Of a DNA stretch of 64,000 nucleotides, positions 1 through 14,064 are shown piece after piece. This stretch comes from Octopus vulgaris. Taxonomy: Eukaryota. The notes under the pieces are model-generated. The model had not been told where the DNA came from. It saw only the letters and a list, made by a program, of their open reading frames with translations, and did no database searches. The stretch covers positions 65,844,001 through 65,908,000 of the forward strand of contig OX597818.1 in the NCBI GenBank assembly GCA_951406725.2, read 5' to 3'. The first letter of the stretch is position 1. Each line of letters begins with the position of its first letter. Made by a program: the position numbers and the translations under genes.

Positions 1-200
1 ATGAGTTGTGACATCACTGGTGCCAATCTGTATCAGACCCTTTGCCTTTCCTATGGATAACATCAGTGCTGTGGAGATAAAAGGCTGGTATGCACAGGGG
101 CGATTGCTGGTCTTCCACAAACAACCTTGCACAGACTTGTGGCTCGGAGGGTAACTTTCTAGGTGCAATTCCATAGTCATTCGTGACCGAAGTGGCCTCC
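1..200 (+). mobile_element. 3' part of an interspersed SINE-like repeat, truncated by the window start
   Basis: GC-richer block (ggataacatcagtgc...ggtcttccacaaacaaccttgc...gtcattcgtgaccgaag) resembling a cephalopod interspersed repeat as I recall it; no ORF; single copy here. Confidence 0.45.
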
Positions 201-3200
201 TCCTCCTTGAGTCGTGGTGCATGATTCTCTCTTCTTCTGTCTCTCTATCTCTCACTCTGTTTCTGAATACACACATATATTTATGCATGTATATATTCTT
301 ACATATTCACACACTTGCAAACACGCATGTACATACCAACCAAGGATCATGGTAGAATGGGCCACTTTTTGAAAACGCAATGTCTTCTTGTTAAGGCTTT
401 GTTAAGAAGACACATTCTGATTTTATATGAATACAATTTTAGTTCTAAACATACATATGTCACTACTATATATGTGTGTGTGTGTATGTGTGAGTGTGTG
501 CCCGTGTGTTGGCGCGTGTTTGTCTGTGTGTCTGTGTATAAAGGCAACAGTTGTAACACAAAAAAATTATTTTCTTTGTTCTTTGAAATAAAGTCTGTTT
601 AAAGAAGAAAACTTTGAAGTAGCCTCATATGATTACAGACTGCATCAATAAAATTAAGAAAACGAATTTCTTTTATAGAACGTATATATATTTGTTTTCA
701 ACAAATCGAAAGGTGTAGATCAACTCCCCAGGAATTATATTACATGTTTTTAATACTATTTGGAGAACTCAACACATCTCAACGCATAATCCCATACAGA
801 TATCTTAACCTGTTGATCCAAAATCACGTTGCCCTAATTTTTTCTTCATATGTTTGGTTATATACTCATAATCTTTACGTAATTATCTTTATTTCATTCG
901 TCAAATATCTTTATTAATCCGTATTCGTAAGAGGCTTTTCTCGTAATTGCCTATTTGATACCAAGTGCAGCCTTAAGATATTTCTCATTTCATAATGTCC
1001 ATAGTTTATCTTTTTCTTGGTATCGTAGTGGGGGGGTCGTAAATACATGACCATCCAATTCAGAATGCTATGTGATGTCTCAGCATTCAATAAAGTGCTA
1101 TATAGAACTAATGTTTTGGATCTGAATTGAAACTGTACTTACGTAAGTTACAGAAGTATATCTCTGATTCTTCATGATATATTTGTATAAGCGTGTTGGA
1201 TATACACTGAAGAAGTGAAAAAAAGGACCTCCTTAAGTTGATAAATTTGTTTAGGAATTGTTGTCGTGAGAAATATCGTCAGGTCATCTGGCATGTTTAG
1301 ACTTTCAGATAATCTGAACCGGCCGCTCCATAAGAAAAGTGGGTAACGCTTAACAGCAGTCTAGGGTAGAGCAGGACAGTCATATCTCCTTTATATAAGA
1401 AGCATGGGCAAATTAAAAAAGGGAACTGTAGTTACAAGTTATTATTTTAGTAGCGGGCATAATTTACCCATAATGCTGTTTAATACGGTATACGCATAAC
1501 TAGATGTTCCTCTGTGATGTGTCTCGCAACTTAAAACCATTTGGAATTCATATGCGCCATACACTCTTGTTTGACAAAGAGTGTTTCCTGTGATTTAGTA
1601 TTTTTAACCACCGATGATATTCATGTTTTGTAAACCTTACAGGAGCAGATTTAAGTCCGTCGAATTAGATTTTAACATTAACAAGTTTTCAATATAATGT
1701 TTGCTAATATTCAAGTGATGCTCTGAACAGTGGGCAACCTCGTGAATTTTGCAAAGCATTGTGACGATCGATTTTAACACTACTTTTAATACTTGGAAAT
1801 TTTTTCAAATAAATACGAGAAAATATATCAAATCTGTAGTTTCTAGGAACATTTTCCCAGGTTCCAGTAGTATAAACAACGGGAGAGAGGACACGAATGC
1901 ATATTGATTGCATTTTTATTGCCGCGGTTGGCGCACTTCGTTATTTGTCTCTTGCCATTTAAGTAGTTGGCACTCTTCATCTGATTGGAATATAGTAACA
2001 GCTGATTCTCCAGTATTTACCCATTCCTTTACAAAATATATCTCTTCAACTCACAGTTTGACAAATAATAATTGTCCTTATCAGCGCTCTTCACGGGATT
2101 CCTTGTTTTACTAACAATAAATCCCATCCGTGCACAGGTGGCAGATTTTTATATGATTAACATTTGCGGATTACTTATTGAAATTTCTATAACCCAAAAC
2201 GAATGTGGTGGGAAGAATTGGTCTTCGCAAAGGCAACTTCTCTCGGCTGTGTAAACAAAGCTTGGGAGAAGAAGAAAGAGAAATCACGGATATGTCGCAG
2301 AGATGGTGGTATGCCGTAGGTAATGCGCCTTCTTTAGCGCTACTTAAAATGAAATTTTGAGTTCTTTCGAAACTGCGAACGGTGGGATTAGCTTGTATAT
2401 CTTTATGAGAACACACACACACACACTTGTTTACGCAGAAAAACGAAATGTGATAGATTGATAGCAATGCAAAGAAATATCGAGAAAGAGAAGAGAGGGG
2501 GAGCTCCAGGGAGAGAAAAGTGAAAGAAATTAGCGAAGAGTGTTTGGATAAGATAAACGCTATGCTGGAAAATGAGAGATGTAATATATGAAAATGAGGG
2601 TGCGATGATGTGTCGTGATAGGATAGAATATAGGAAGAGAAATCGTATAGCAAAAAAAATACCTTTACACAAGAATATCAATAACGATGAGGAGGAACAT
2701 TAATGGGGAAAATACTTCAAAAGAAGAGAATTCTTCATCAAATTTACAAGACCACTATGATCCATTTGCTATATACACTCAAACAAATGCTTTACAATTT
2801 TCTATGCATATTTTCCATACAGATACAATTGTCTAAAACCATTCGCATGAGAATCTAAAAATATTATCTTTAAACACGCTAATTTTCTTTTTATATTCTC
2901 TCAAGATGCTTAAAACGCGTTTTTACAATAATAAAAAATATGAGAATTTCATCGAAGGCGCAGTTTAATATAGTCACTCGCCTTGCATTATTATTTGTCA
3001 AATGTCTTTCATTCAACAGAATTTCAATTTCCTGTGCAATTAAGATTGAAAGCATTTGAAGGGGGTTGGGGGTAGGGACGAAAAAAAAAATCAGAAGAAA
3101 GCTGAAAATAAACCGGGAAGGCTAAATTAATAGAGCTGATTTACATTGGATTTCTTGCTTTTTTTTTATTGTATAAATTTATTATGGCAGAGAGATACCC

Positions 3201-4000
3201 ACACTTCCATACAGCGAAATAGTTGTTTGCATTATTGAATAGAAGAATTCAAAACTTGAATCTGAATGAATGGAAAATAATAACGATTAAACAAGAGTAA
3301 CAGCCATGAGTATCGAAGCAATCATAAAGATACAGATATAAAAACATGCAACAGTGACAACGGAAGCAGTTATAGTGGAATAGTCTTTAGTTATTTGAGA
3401 CAGATCAATAAAAATCAACAAAAGCTGAGAGAATAAATTTTACAGAAAGAAAATGATAATGCAGTTAAGTTTTGAAATAACTCAGTGAAATACATCAGGG
3501 TAGCATTTGGAGAGATTTTTACCACACGAGTGTAGTAAATTAGTTCTATTTGTCATTCAGATTTATGTAGTTTTTGTTAGATAGAAATTATTGTTATTAT
3601 TTTATAGTAAAACTACAAAAATGTACCCGCTTTAAATTGGTGTTGACCATGAAATCTGCTGTTGCTTGTGTTAATCTACAAGTTACAATTGAATCTACAA
3701 GTTCAGTGTATTCCGCACAAATTAGGGGACGAATCACGGAATCGAGTGTATAGTAATGCGACATGTATGAGGTCAGTGGGATTGAAAATGAGGCGAAACG
3801 ATTTAATGACAGACAAATTAAAATATTTCCAATATGATCAGTTTTGTCTTATAATTCAATGAAAAGTGATAGGATGTCGAGTATAAAAGGAGAGGAATAA
3901 AAGAAAAACTATATTTATGATAATAATACCGTGTAAAGATTGATACAAAGAATAAAAAATATAACAACAATGACATCAACACGAAAAATATTAATAATCT

Positions 4001-4427
4001 TTCCTTCTACAGACACAAGGCAGATAATTTTGAGAAGTGAGTAATGGTTCACGACTGGTGCTTATTTTGTTGACCTTGAAAACATAAAAGGAAAAGTTGC
4101 TGTCAGTATAATTTGAACTCGCAACAAAAAGATTTGGAAAATGATGCTAAACAATATGACTCGTGTCATAGCGACTCCGCCAGCTCACTGACTTCTTTTA
4201 ATAATTAAATGGGTTTTAGATTTTGGGACAAGGCCGGAGATGTCGGGGGAGTGGGTAAGTTGATCAGATCGACTCCAGTGTTTAACAGGTACTTATTTTA
4301 TAGACCTTGAAAGGATAAAAGGCAAAGCCCACCTTGGTGGCATTTTGAACTTAAAACGTAAAGAGGGATTAAATGATGCTAAGTATTTTGATCGGTGAGA
4401 TGATGACTCTGCCAACCCGCCGCCTTA
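4001..4427 (-). mobile_element. Two degenerate family-A SINE copies
   Basis: Decayed matches to family A (gccagctc head end, tttgaactc B-box, gaaaggataaaaggcaaag core, cacaaggc tail) at about 4001-4192 and 4215-4427. Confidence 0.6.
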
Positions 4428-5359
4428 CGTGTAATAATAATATTGAAAATATATAAAAGTTATATCTCCTAACAGTAATAGAATGAATAACAACAACAAT
4501 AACAGCAGCAACATCACTATGACCATCATAATCATCCGCAACATCAACAAAAATAACAACAATAAAAATAGTTATAGATAAACATACTAGTAATGTTAGT
4601 GTAGTTGTTGAATTCATTTTATATAAATATTGAAAATGTTTTTTACGTAAAATAGAATCTGATCCCTTGCAAACAACTTCTGATGGACAACTTACTCCCT
4701 TGATATCATATTCTTCTTTCGGTAGATGACTGGTGTAAGTTTTATTGAGATAAAACTGCTTCCTCAAAGATCAGGGACAATAATTATGTGTGTAGCCTGT
4801 GTGTGCAGTTGTATGCTTGTGCATATGTGTGTTAGAATATAGAATAGCGCGAGCGACGTTGCTTAATTAAAAACAAAATACCTACTTGGGAAATATCAGC
4901 TATACATGAGAACCTTCCAGTAATATAATAAAATCTTCATAACTTCTCGGAAAATATACAAAGAAATCTGTTGTTACTTGGGTCGATTACTTCGGCAAAA
5001 ATTCCCGAATAGGGTGCCCCAGCAAGGCCGCATTACAATGACCGAAACAAATAAAAGAACAGGAAAGCTAAAAGATTAGGTAAAACTGCGTCAGAAAAGA
5101 TACACTCTTTTGTCACTGATTGCGAGATTTATTATTACAAGAAACCACTTTCAACTGCGCCCAAATATTGCTGTGTATCGATTACTACTGCTAAATTTAC
5201 CAGATCGATTATAATAAAGCATAGATTAACTTATTTTATTTGAGCGTCAATAGATTTAAAGCCTGGGCGATATAAATATTAAAATGAATAATTTGCTGCG
5301 CAACTTCGAAATGCAAAATATCGAGAACTCGAAGTATAATGCTTAAAATTCAAAATGTT

Positions 5360-5672
5360 ATGTCAAGTGGTTCGGGTATTCCGCTCTCGATCGTAAGGCC
5401 GTAAGTTCAATACACGGCAGCGCATTGTTTCTTTGAGTAAAGCATTTTATTTCACGTGGCTCCAGTTCACTCAACTGGCAAAAATTATTAGTACCAATAA
5501 TTCAAAAGTCAGCCATGTCACAATCCGTCACGCTGAATCTTCCTAAGACCTACATTAAGAATAATGCATGACAGAGGACTGTTGAGATCTTTATGTATTA
5601 ATTTCACGAGCAGGTTGTTCCGTGGTTCGTTTCAACTGGAGCATTCTTCGTCATAACCAACGTAGAACCAGA
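5360..5672 (+). mobile_element. Degenerate family-C SINE
   Basis: Decayed head (agtggttcggg...gttcaatac) and body gtcacgctgaatc...ttaatttcacgagcagg...cgtcataacc, shared with the 51275-52054 copies. Confidence 0.6.
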
Positions 5673-6695
5673 CTTGTTTTTTTTTCAGTTAGTAATAAGC
5701 ATAATTCAAAAAAGAATACTGAATAGAAACATTTGAAGAGTTCCTACTTCTTTGAAAATATATTTTTTTCTCTTTCATCTTCAGTTTGATTATTGTATAA
5801 AGAGAGAATAGTGCCAAGTTGACTCGGAGCAATTAAACAGAGTTCTTAAATACTTTTCCAAATATTCGTTTGTTAGAGTGTAATCCATTGAAGGTGATTT
5901 TTCTCTGAATTATATTTGTATACATAAAGTTATATCTATGTGTGTATGGCAACTGATAGAGCATGTGTGCACTTTTCAATAGGTGAGAGTTTATGCTCCA
6001 ATAGATGTACGAGCACATTAAAGAAAAACAACAAACACACACACATATATTTGTGCATATGATGTGCATGAATATATATATATATATATATATATATAGA
6101 AAGAGCGAGAGATATACACATGTACGTTAATATAATGTGAAAATTGGTATATATATGAATTCAATTAGAGATTCTTCGCATTCTTATTTTCTTATTTTCT
6201 TCAATTTAATATCCATAATACATACATATACCCCTATCTGTTTCTCTCACTCCCCCTCTCTCTCTCTCTATATATATATATATGTACACACACACACATA
6301 TATATGTGCATATATATATATATATATATATATTGTGTGTGTGTGTGTGTGTGTGTTTCTGAATATGTGTGCATGTGTGTATACGTATACATAGAAATGT
6401 CTATTTGCATATTGCCTTAAGCATATGTCATACGTTGCAATTCTTTCAGCACGAGAATTATTCATATCTTATGAATGATACGCAGTAGGAATAATGAAAT
6501 GGAATGGTTTACAAGAGTGCTGTCCTTTGCCAACAAACAGTTGTTTGGATTGTAGGTTTTTTGATCAGAATATAATATAATAATATTCTAATATTTCTCT
6601 GTCAGTAGCTTGCGGCTTCAGGAAGGCATATCTGCATGGTTGCTTCGGCAGCATCATATCTTTCCATTCATCTCACAATATCAATATATACACAC

Positions 6696-6745
<50 letters not shown>

Positions 6746-6810
6746 CATATCTATCTAACTGTCTATTTATCTCTATATATATGTATAGATATGGATGCAT
6801 GTATGAATGC

Positions 6811-6860
<50 letters not shown>

Positions 6861-7519
6861 TCATATATATATGTGATATATATATATATACATATATATA
6901 TATTCATATATATATATATGTATGTATGTATGTATATGTATGTATATGTACATATGTATGTATACATATGTATAAGTATGATCTGTTTCCTGAGAGTCGT
7001 TGTTTGTCATCAACGTCACATTCATTGCGGCCCTTTAAGGAAGTCATCTCAAATATCCCCCCCCTTCTTTTCTTTTTGTGCTTTCCTCGAAATCAATAGA
7101 AACTAACATTTTCAATATCCGCCTTCAGAAATCCGTGTGTTTTAATAGATTCTTTTTTCGTATATAATGACTTTAACAATATTAAATGAATCATATTTAC
7201 TTTCGATTTGAATTGAAACTCTTCGCCATAGAATACTTCAAGGTAACTCAATACATATTTCACCAGTCCTAAGGTGAAATAACACCATTGTATATACAAA
7301 CGTGTATATATAATTATATACGCATATATATAAGCATTGACACACAGAAAGACACACACACACAGAGTCACACACAGATCACTTTTTAAACTTTCTATAA
7401 ATATAAGAGAATGGAATGTAATTTTGTGTTATTAATAGTTATTATTCTGAGTCTATTCGCTTGTAATACTTGGTTTTCCAGAAACAGTTGTGATTCGGCA
7501 AATCGTAGCCGCTAGAAAC

Positions 7520-7740
7520 TTGCACTCCGGCAGTTACGGCGTCACGGGTTCCAGTTGATCTGGTCAAAAGATCAGACCACTTGAGAAGCGGACTTTTTCA
7601 AGTGCCTGAGCAATCCACACGCATTCGTGCTCTTAAAATAGTTTTCAGGGAGATTCAGCGTAGCACAGACTGTGACAAGGCTGGTCCTTTCAAATACAGG
7701 TACAACTCATTTTTTCCAGCTGAATGGACTGGATCAAAGG
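7520..7740 (-). mobile_element. 3' portion of a family-C SINE
   Basis: gcactccgg...gattcagcgt...tgtgacaaggctggtcctttcaaatacaggtacaac matches the body of 51655-52054. Confidence 0.65.
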
Positions 7741-8041
7741 GAAAATACAGTGTTTTGTTCAAAAATAGGACGCACCGCCGGTATGCCAACATTTATGGAC
7801 TTACAAAATATGCCTCAAGAGAGAAAATTCCACTTCGGTATTTTCATTAACCTGTTTGAAGTATTCATATATTGAGTGCAAATAGCTTTAAATAAACAGC
7901 TGGAGGATGCATCTTCTTGGGAGTTAAAATGGTGGGAAAGTCCACTTCTACGGAACAGCCACGTTTACGTGACGATAACCATTAGTTTAGTTACTTATGG
8001 AGATTTTCTATCGAGTTAATTTAATATATATATATATATAT

Positions 8042-8174
8042 GAGGAATTCACGAAAAAAACAAAAGACGAAGACAGGTGGTGTAGAAAACAATTAGATGT
8101 ATTAGTATAACGCTCGGGAATTAAAAAGTCTTTTACGTTTCGAGCCTGCGCTCTTCTACAGAAGGGAACAGAGA

Positions 8175-8176
<2 letters not shown>
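8042..8176 (-). mobile_element. Short Penelope-like terminal element with a minimal hammerhead (CUGUAGA core)
   Basis: Minus strand ctt-CTGTAGA-a-gagc/gcag/gctc-GAAACGTA-aaag at 8128-8166, ending in cacctgtcttcgtcttttg beside (TA)n; related copies at 50850, 56178 and 60600. Confidence 0.7.
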
Positions 8177-8216
<40 letters not shown>

Positions 8217-8420
8217 GTAGTAGTAGTAGTAGTAGTAGTAGTTGTAGCTGTAGTAGTAGTAGTAGTTGTTATTGTAGGAGCAGTAGTATTATTATTAATA
8301 TTATTAATATTATTATTATTATTATTAGTAGTAGTAGTAGTAGTAGTAGTAATAGTAGTAGTAGTTGCAGTAGTTGTAGTAGCAGTAGTGGTAGTAGTAG
8401 TAGTAGTAGTAGTAGTAGTA
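8176..8420. repeat. (TAG)n/(TAT)n compound microsatellite
   Basis: Directly visible. Confidence 0.95.
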
Positions 8421-9513
8421 AAGGTAACAAGAAATCTCAGTGGAAGATAACATTTGTGAAGCTGATATTGGTGGCCCTGATGAAAAGAAAATATCCTGAA
8501 GTTATGAAAATATGAAGAAATTCCTAGAATAACGTTCATTTGCCATTCTTCTGCCAACGTGAGGGATCAAGATTTATATTTAATTCATGCCATTGTTACG
8601 TGTGTCGCTTTTTTGTTATTTCTCTGGCACTTTTAGTTTTTCTCCTTTTTGTATAAATTTCCGAGAGCTAGATTAGTAGGAGACAGAGAGAGAGAGAGAG
8701 AGAGAGAGATACAGACAGGCAGAGAGACAGAGACAGAGAGAGAGGAACTTAGCCTTATAGATAAATGTAGATAGAGAGAGAAACAAAGGTCGACAAATTT
8801 AGAAAGTGTAAGATACAGAAAGAGTGATGGAAACAGAGACAGAGAGACATACAGACAGAGAGACAGGGAGAACGAGAGCGATGAAGGGAGGGAGATGTAC
8901 AGAGAAATAGAGAATGATTGAGAGAGACGAAGAAGGTGAGAGGGGAAGAAAGAAAGGGAAAGAAAGAGCAAGAGGGGAGATGATTGAGAGATGTAGATAG
9001 AGCGTGCTTGAATTAGTCATATATTAAACGAAATGGCAGGGAACTGTATGAAGTAGTAGAATGCGAGAGCGAGGACGGGATATTTACAGCTCAAATGGCC
9101 AGTGACTTTGCTCTCGCTAATCGTATATTCACAGAACTGGAATCCAATTTCCTTTGTGTGCGCGCATCATTGCACATGAGTGGCTGATGCAACCGAAGGA
9201 ATAGCGCATGATTTGATAATAAGCGACTGGGACCTCATCGCATTCCGAGCAGAAGTAAAAACACTACTGTTTTAGTACATCACCAAAGGAGAAAGTGGAA
9301 GGAAAGCAACGTTGATAACATATTAGCGTTTATTTTCCTTCACTTGGTCCGTAACACTTAGGTAGAAAACGGGACGGAGAAGTCATTGAAACAGCAAAGC
9401 TAAGCTATACGCTCAGGATTTATTACACACACACACATAGAAAATAGAACATACATACAATCACCTTACACACGCTTTACTTGTGGTACAAATATATGTA
9501 CATACACGTATGC

Positions 9514-9835
<322 letters not shown>

Positions 9836-9839
9836 TTTT

Positions 9840-10055
9840 TTTTTCTTTACTACCCACAAGGGACAAACAAGGACAGACAAAAGGATTAAGTCGATTATAT
9901 CGACCCCAGTGCGTAAATGGTACTTAATTTATCGACCCCGAAATGAAGAAAGGCAAAGTCGTCCTCGGCGGAATTTTGAACTCAGAACGCAATGGCAGAC
10001 GAAATACGGCTACGGATTTCGCCCGGCCCGCTAACGTTTCTGCCAGCTCGCCGCT
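9840..10055 (-). mobile_element. tRNA-derived SINE, family A
   Basis: Reverse complement of the 10161-10388 copy with a short internal deletion. Confidence 0.9.
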
Positions 10056-10056
10056 T

Positions 10057-10154
<98 letters not shown>

Positions 10155-10160
10155 ATTTAA

Positions 10161-10388
10161 GGCGGTGAGCTGGCAGAAATATTAGCACGTCGGGCGAAAT
10201 GCGTTGCGTATTTCGTCTGCCGTTACTTTCCGAGTTCAAATTCCGCCGAGGTCGACTTTGCCTTTCATCCTTCCGGAGTCGATACATCAAGTACCAATTA
10301 CGCACTGGGGTCGATGTATCGACTTAATCCCTTTGTCTGTCCTTGTTTGTCTCCTCTCTGTTTAGCCCCTTGTGGGTAGTAAAGAAAT
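10161..10388 (+). mobile_element. tRNA-derived SINE, family A (core resembles the Deu/Nin domain)
   Basis: A-box-like tggcagaaatattag, B-box gagttcaaattcc, core gtcgactttgcctttcatccttccggagtcgata...gtacca; more than 10 copies in the window. Domain name is from memory. Confidence 0.9.
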
Positions 10389-10792
10389 ATATATATATAT
10401 ACATATATATATAAATATATGCATAGGCATGTATGCACGTTCATGTGTGTGTATGTTTGTGTTTGTGCGTGTGTGCAAGTATGCATACTTCTATGCGAGC
10501 GTTTGTTTCTGTGAGTGGTTTTCAATTTATGCAAACTGCAATGAACCTGTATGTTCAACGCTTTTGCTTTTTAATACTTTACACTTACAATAACAAGACT
10601 CGGTTCCCTTCCTATGCTGGAGGTTAGGCCATCGACGAGAACCGCTTGAATATCAGCCAAATGGAACGTAGAATAATCTTGTGAGAAGGAAATTATTACT
10701 GAGCACTACAGACATCAAAGAAAAATCCTGTTTCTTACAACGATGCTTTTAAATTTACCTCAATTGTCATCTATGTGTGCACTTGCACGAGA

Positions 10793-10834
<42 letters not shown>

Positions 10835-10890
10835 CGGAGATGTACTCGCATAGCAAGTAATTTGATCTGAGATCGTGTGCTGAAACGAAA

Positions 10891-11593
10891 ACAATTGCAG
10901 CGTTGGAGGTGTTTATAAGCCATTTAAGAAACACACAAAAGCCGTTCGATTCACTCCAACATTTAAGTTTAATTTGTCAAAATATTTTCGTCGCTAAAAT
11001 CCGCGACCTGTTCACTGACAAAGTCCGTATGTATGTATGTACATACATACATACATACATACGCACATACATACATACATACGAACAATAGTAAAACATT
11101 AGTTCTGTGATATAGAGATAAAAATCTGATAATAGATTTTAGGGTATAGTTCTTGTGAGCAAGCGTCATAAATTCACTTTCTAGCCTCGGCCGTAGGGAG
11201 TTGAAATTTGATAGCGTTGTGATGAGTGGTCACTCTACATCCATCCATCGCTACAGGTTTATAACTTTATGTTTTATAGAGTGTATGTGCGTGCTTATAC
11301 ACACACATACATATATACATACATACATACATACATGCATACACAGGCGTATGTGCGGACATGAATACGTACATACATACACACATGTATGCATACATAC
11401 ACACATACATACGTACATACATATATATGACGAACTAACTGTTACTTTCTTAGATGCAGCACGGACTTTGTCAGTGAACAGGTCGCGGATTTTAGCGACG
11501 AAAATATTTTGACAAATTAAACTTAAATGTTGGAGTGAATCGAACGGCTTTTGTGTGTTTCTTAAATGGCTTATAAACACCTCCCACGCTGCA

Positions 11594-11598
<5 letters not shown>
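10891..11598. mobile_element. Inverted pair of 138-bp Penelope-like terminal modules, each with a hammerhead fold (G3-C8 core)
   Basis: 10891-11028 is the reverse complement of 11461-11598 with one mismatch seen; close to (TA)n tracts on both sides. Confidence 0.8.
11467..11516 (+). ncRNA. Minimal type I hammerhead-like motif, core GUGAACA
   Basis: tttgtca-GTGAACA-g-gtcgc/ggatttta/gcgac-GAAA-atat-TT-tgacaaa: 7-bp stem I, 5-bp stem II, palindromic AATATT stem III. Confidence 0.65.
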
Positions 11599-11683
<85 letters not shown>

Positions 11684-11795
11684 TTTATATATATATATAC
11701 ATATATTTATACATATATATATACACATACATATATACATATATATATACATACATATATATATATATGTGTGTATATATATGTATGTGTGTATG

Positions 11796-11838
<43 letters not shown>

Positions 11839-11939
11839 TTATATATAGTAAAAAGGGTAATAAAAAATAAATTATTAGTACCAGTGTCCCAGCACAAAAG
11901 ACGAATTCGTCATTAGAATATATATTATTTATAGAGAAA

Positions 11940-11997
<58 letters not shown>

Positions 11998-12462
11998 CTA
12001 TATGTATGCATATATTCATATGCATATGTGGGCACAGAAAAGTGAAAAGAAACAGGAAGGGCTGTTAAGCCTAGGCTAGCTGAGGTGGCGAACGCGAAGT
12101 GCAAGCTTGGACAATAATGCGTGTGAGTCGTCCAGTTGATCAGAAAGAAACAAAAGTTAGGAAAGGAAAGAAAGATGACCAATTGTCAGGTGGGAGACAC
12201 GAGAGATAAAAGTATGAAGAGTGAAGGAGGGAGTGCCAGCTAGAGAATAGCGAAAGAGAGAGGAAAAAATTAGAAGGACAAGAGAGAAAAAACGAGATGG
12301 GGAGAAGGGTCGATAAAAATATTTAGAGAAAGGAAGACAGGAAAAAGGGACGCAAAACGAAAGAGTAATAGAATAATAGAATAGAATATAATCGCATCAG
12401 ATATATATATGTATATATTTTTCTCTATTTATTTGATATCGTGGTCCCGTTCTCTTATCGTC

Positions 12463-12504
<42 letters not shown>

Positions 12505-12524
12505 CATCATTATTATTGTTATTA

Positions 12525-13152
12525 AGCCTCCTTTACGCATCCGAAACTTGGACCCCGTATAGTCACCACCTGAAAACGCTCGAGAAATTTCACCAACGCT
12601 GTATTCGGAAGATCCTTAACATCAGCTGGGAAGACAGAAGAACAAACGTCAGCAAAAATGACCAGCATCGAAGCCTATGTCATCAAAGGCCAAATAAGAT
12701 GGAGCGGCCACGTGATTAGAATGACTGACGAACGACTTCCCAAACAGATCTTCTACTCCTAACTCAAAGACGGCAAGCGTACAAAAGGAGGCCAGAAGAA
12801 ACGCTACAAGGACTCCCTGAAAACGAACCTCAAAAAGTGTGACATCGACTTCACTAACTGGGAGGAAACGGCAAAATACAGACCACTCTGGAAAAACCAC
12901 CATCCATGAGGGAACAGCGACTTTCGAGTCAAAAAGGTCTGCAGAGCTGGAGGAGAAAAGACGACGACGGAAGGAGCGCCAACAACAACCACGTGCGACT
13001 CTCCCTTCTGGCACTAGATGTCCGCACTGCGATCGATCTTTTCAAGCAAGAATTAGTCTTATCGGTCACCTACGTACTCACCAGTAGATTTGCGCGAAGA
13101 CTATCATCCTCGACCTTGAGGGATTGCCATCATCATCATCATCATCATCATC

Positions 13153-13153
<1 letters not shown>
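12525..13153 (+). mobile_element. 5'-truncated RTE-clade LINE (RT C-terminus, C2H2 finger, (CAT)n tail), frameshifted
   Basis: LLYASETWT..HQRCIRKILNISWEDRRTN / RWSGHVIRMTDERLPKQIFY / GGQKKRYKDSLK / CPHCDRSFQARISLIGHLRTH are typical RTE motifs; a stop and frameshifts are present. Confidence 0.92.
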
Positions 13154-13188
<35 letters not shown>

Positions 13189-13254
13189 TTATGTATGTAT
13201 GTATATACATATATATGTATATCAAGAGTGAAACGGAGGTGCTATCCTAATCTT

Positions 13255-13345
13255 TATACTTCCGACATATGTTTCGAAGAAAACATTATCATTATTCCCG
13301 AAAGAATAAAATTATGTAAAATAATGCAATCTTCTCATCGAGAAA
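13255..13345 (-). ncRNA. Hammerhead-like motif with extended stem II, degenerate core
   Basis: ttttc-TCGATGA-gaaga...(about 50-nt self-complementary insert)...tcttc-GAAAC-atat-GTC-ggaag. Confidence 0.5.
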
Positions 13346-14064
13346 AAAAAAACTTAAACAAAATGTATCAATAAGACATTTAAACCGAATGTTGTTACTG
13401 CATATATGATGAAGTGAACGCTTGTAAATTATTTGAAAATACCGTTAATATATATATATAAGTTGAATGGCAATTTACAGAAAGAGAAGCGGGAGGGAGA
13501 AATAAATTAAACGAAAACGAGAAGACGGGAGAAATATTGTGCGACAGGCGAACAGGAATAAAAATTAAAAGCGTGGAAATAAATATATTTAGTGGAAATG
13601 GAACGTAAGAGGGCAATTAAAGGTCGAATTTTATAGACTAGTAGAAAATACTTTACAGACATTGGACACCATCAAATATGGATTCGTTTAAGGATAGCAT
13701 TGAAAACCGTCTGTACTCTGAAAACTTAGCGCTTTCGTATAACGCCCCCGTCTGATTCTCCCACACATCATTCAGAGCAATAACAATTAATTTCACAATA
13801 TATTTTCTCTTTTCTTTTAAGATATTCATTCATTACGTAAATATAAAAGTGATGCATACAAGACAAATGAGCTACATTCTCACTTAGAAATCTTTCACAT
13901 GAGCTGTCCTGGCATATATGTTTCGTGTTAAACGTCTTCTCCATTGGATTGTGGGGAACATCCTGATTTGAGATTATTCTTCCTCCACTGGTCATTATAT
14001 TACTACCTATCATCATAATAGTATGAACACCTTCAACTCCACTGCGAACCTCATATAATTCTGG

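Noticed and set aside
9030-9400. Possible LINE endonuclease relic (and an RTE relic at 19850-20090)
   Set aside because: Only faint motif resemblance; cannot be supported without alignment.
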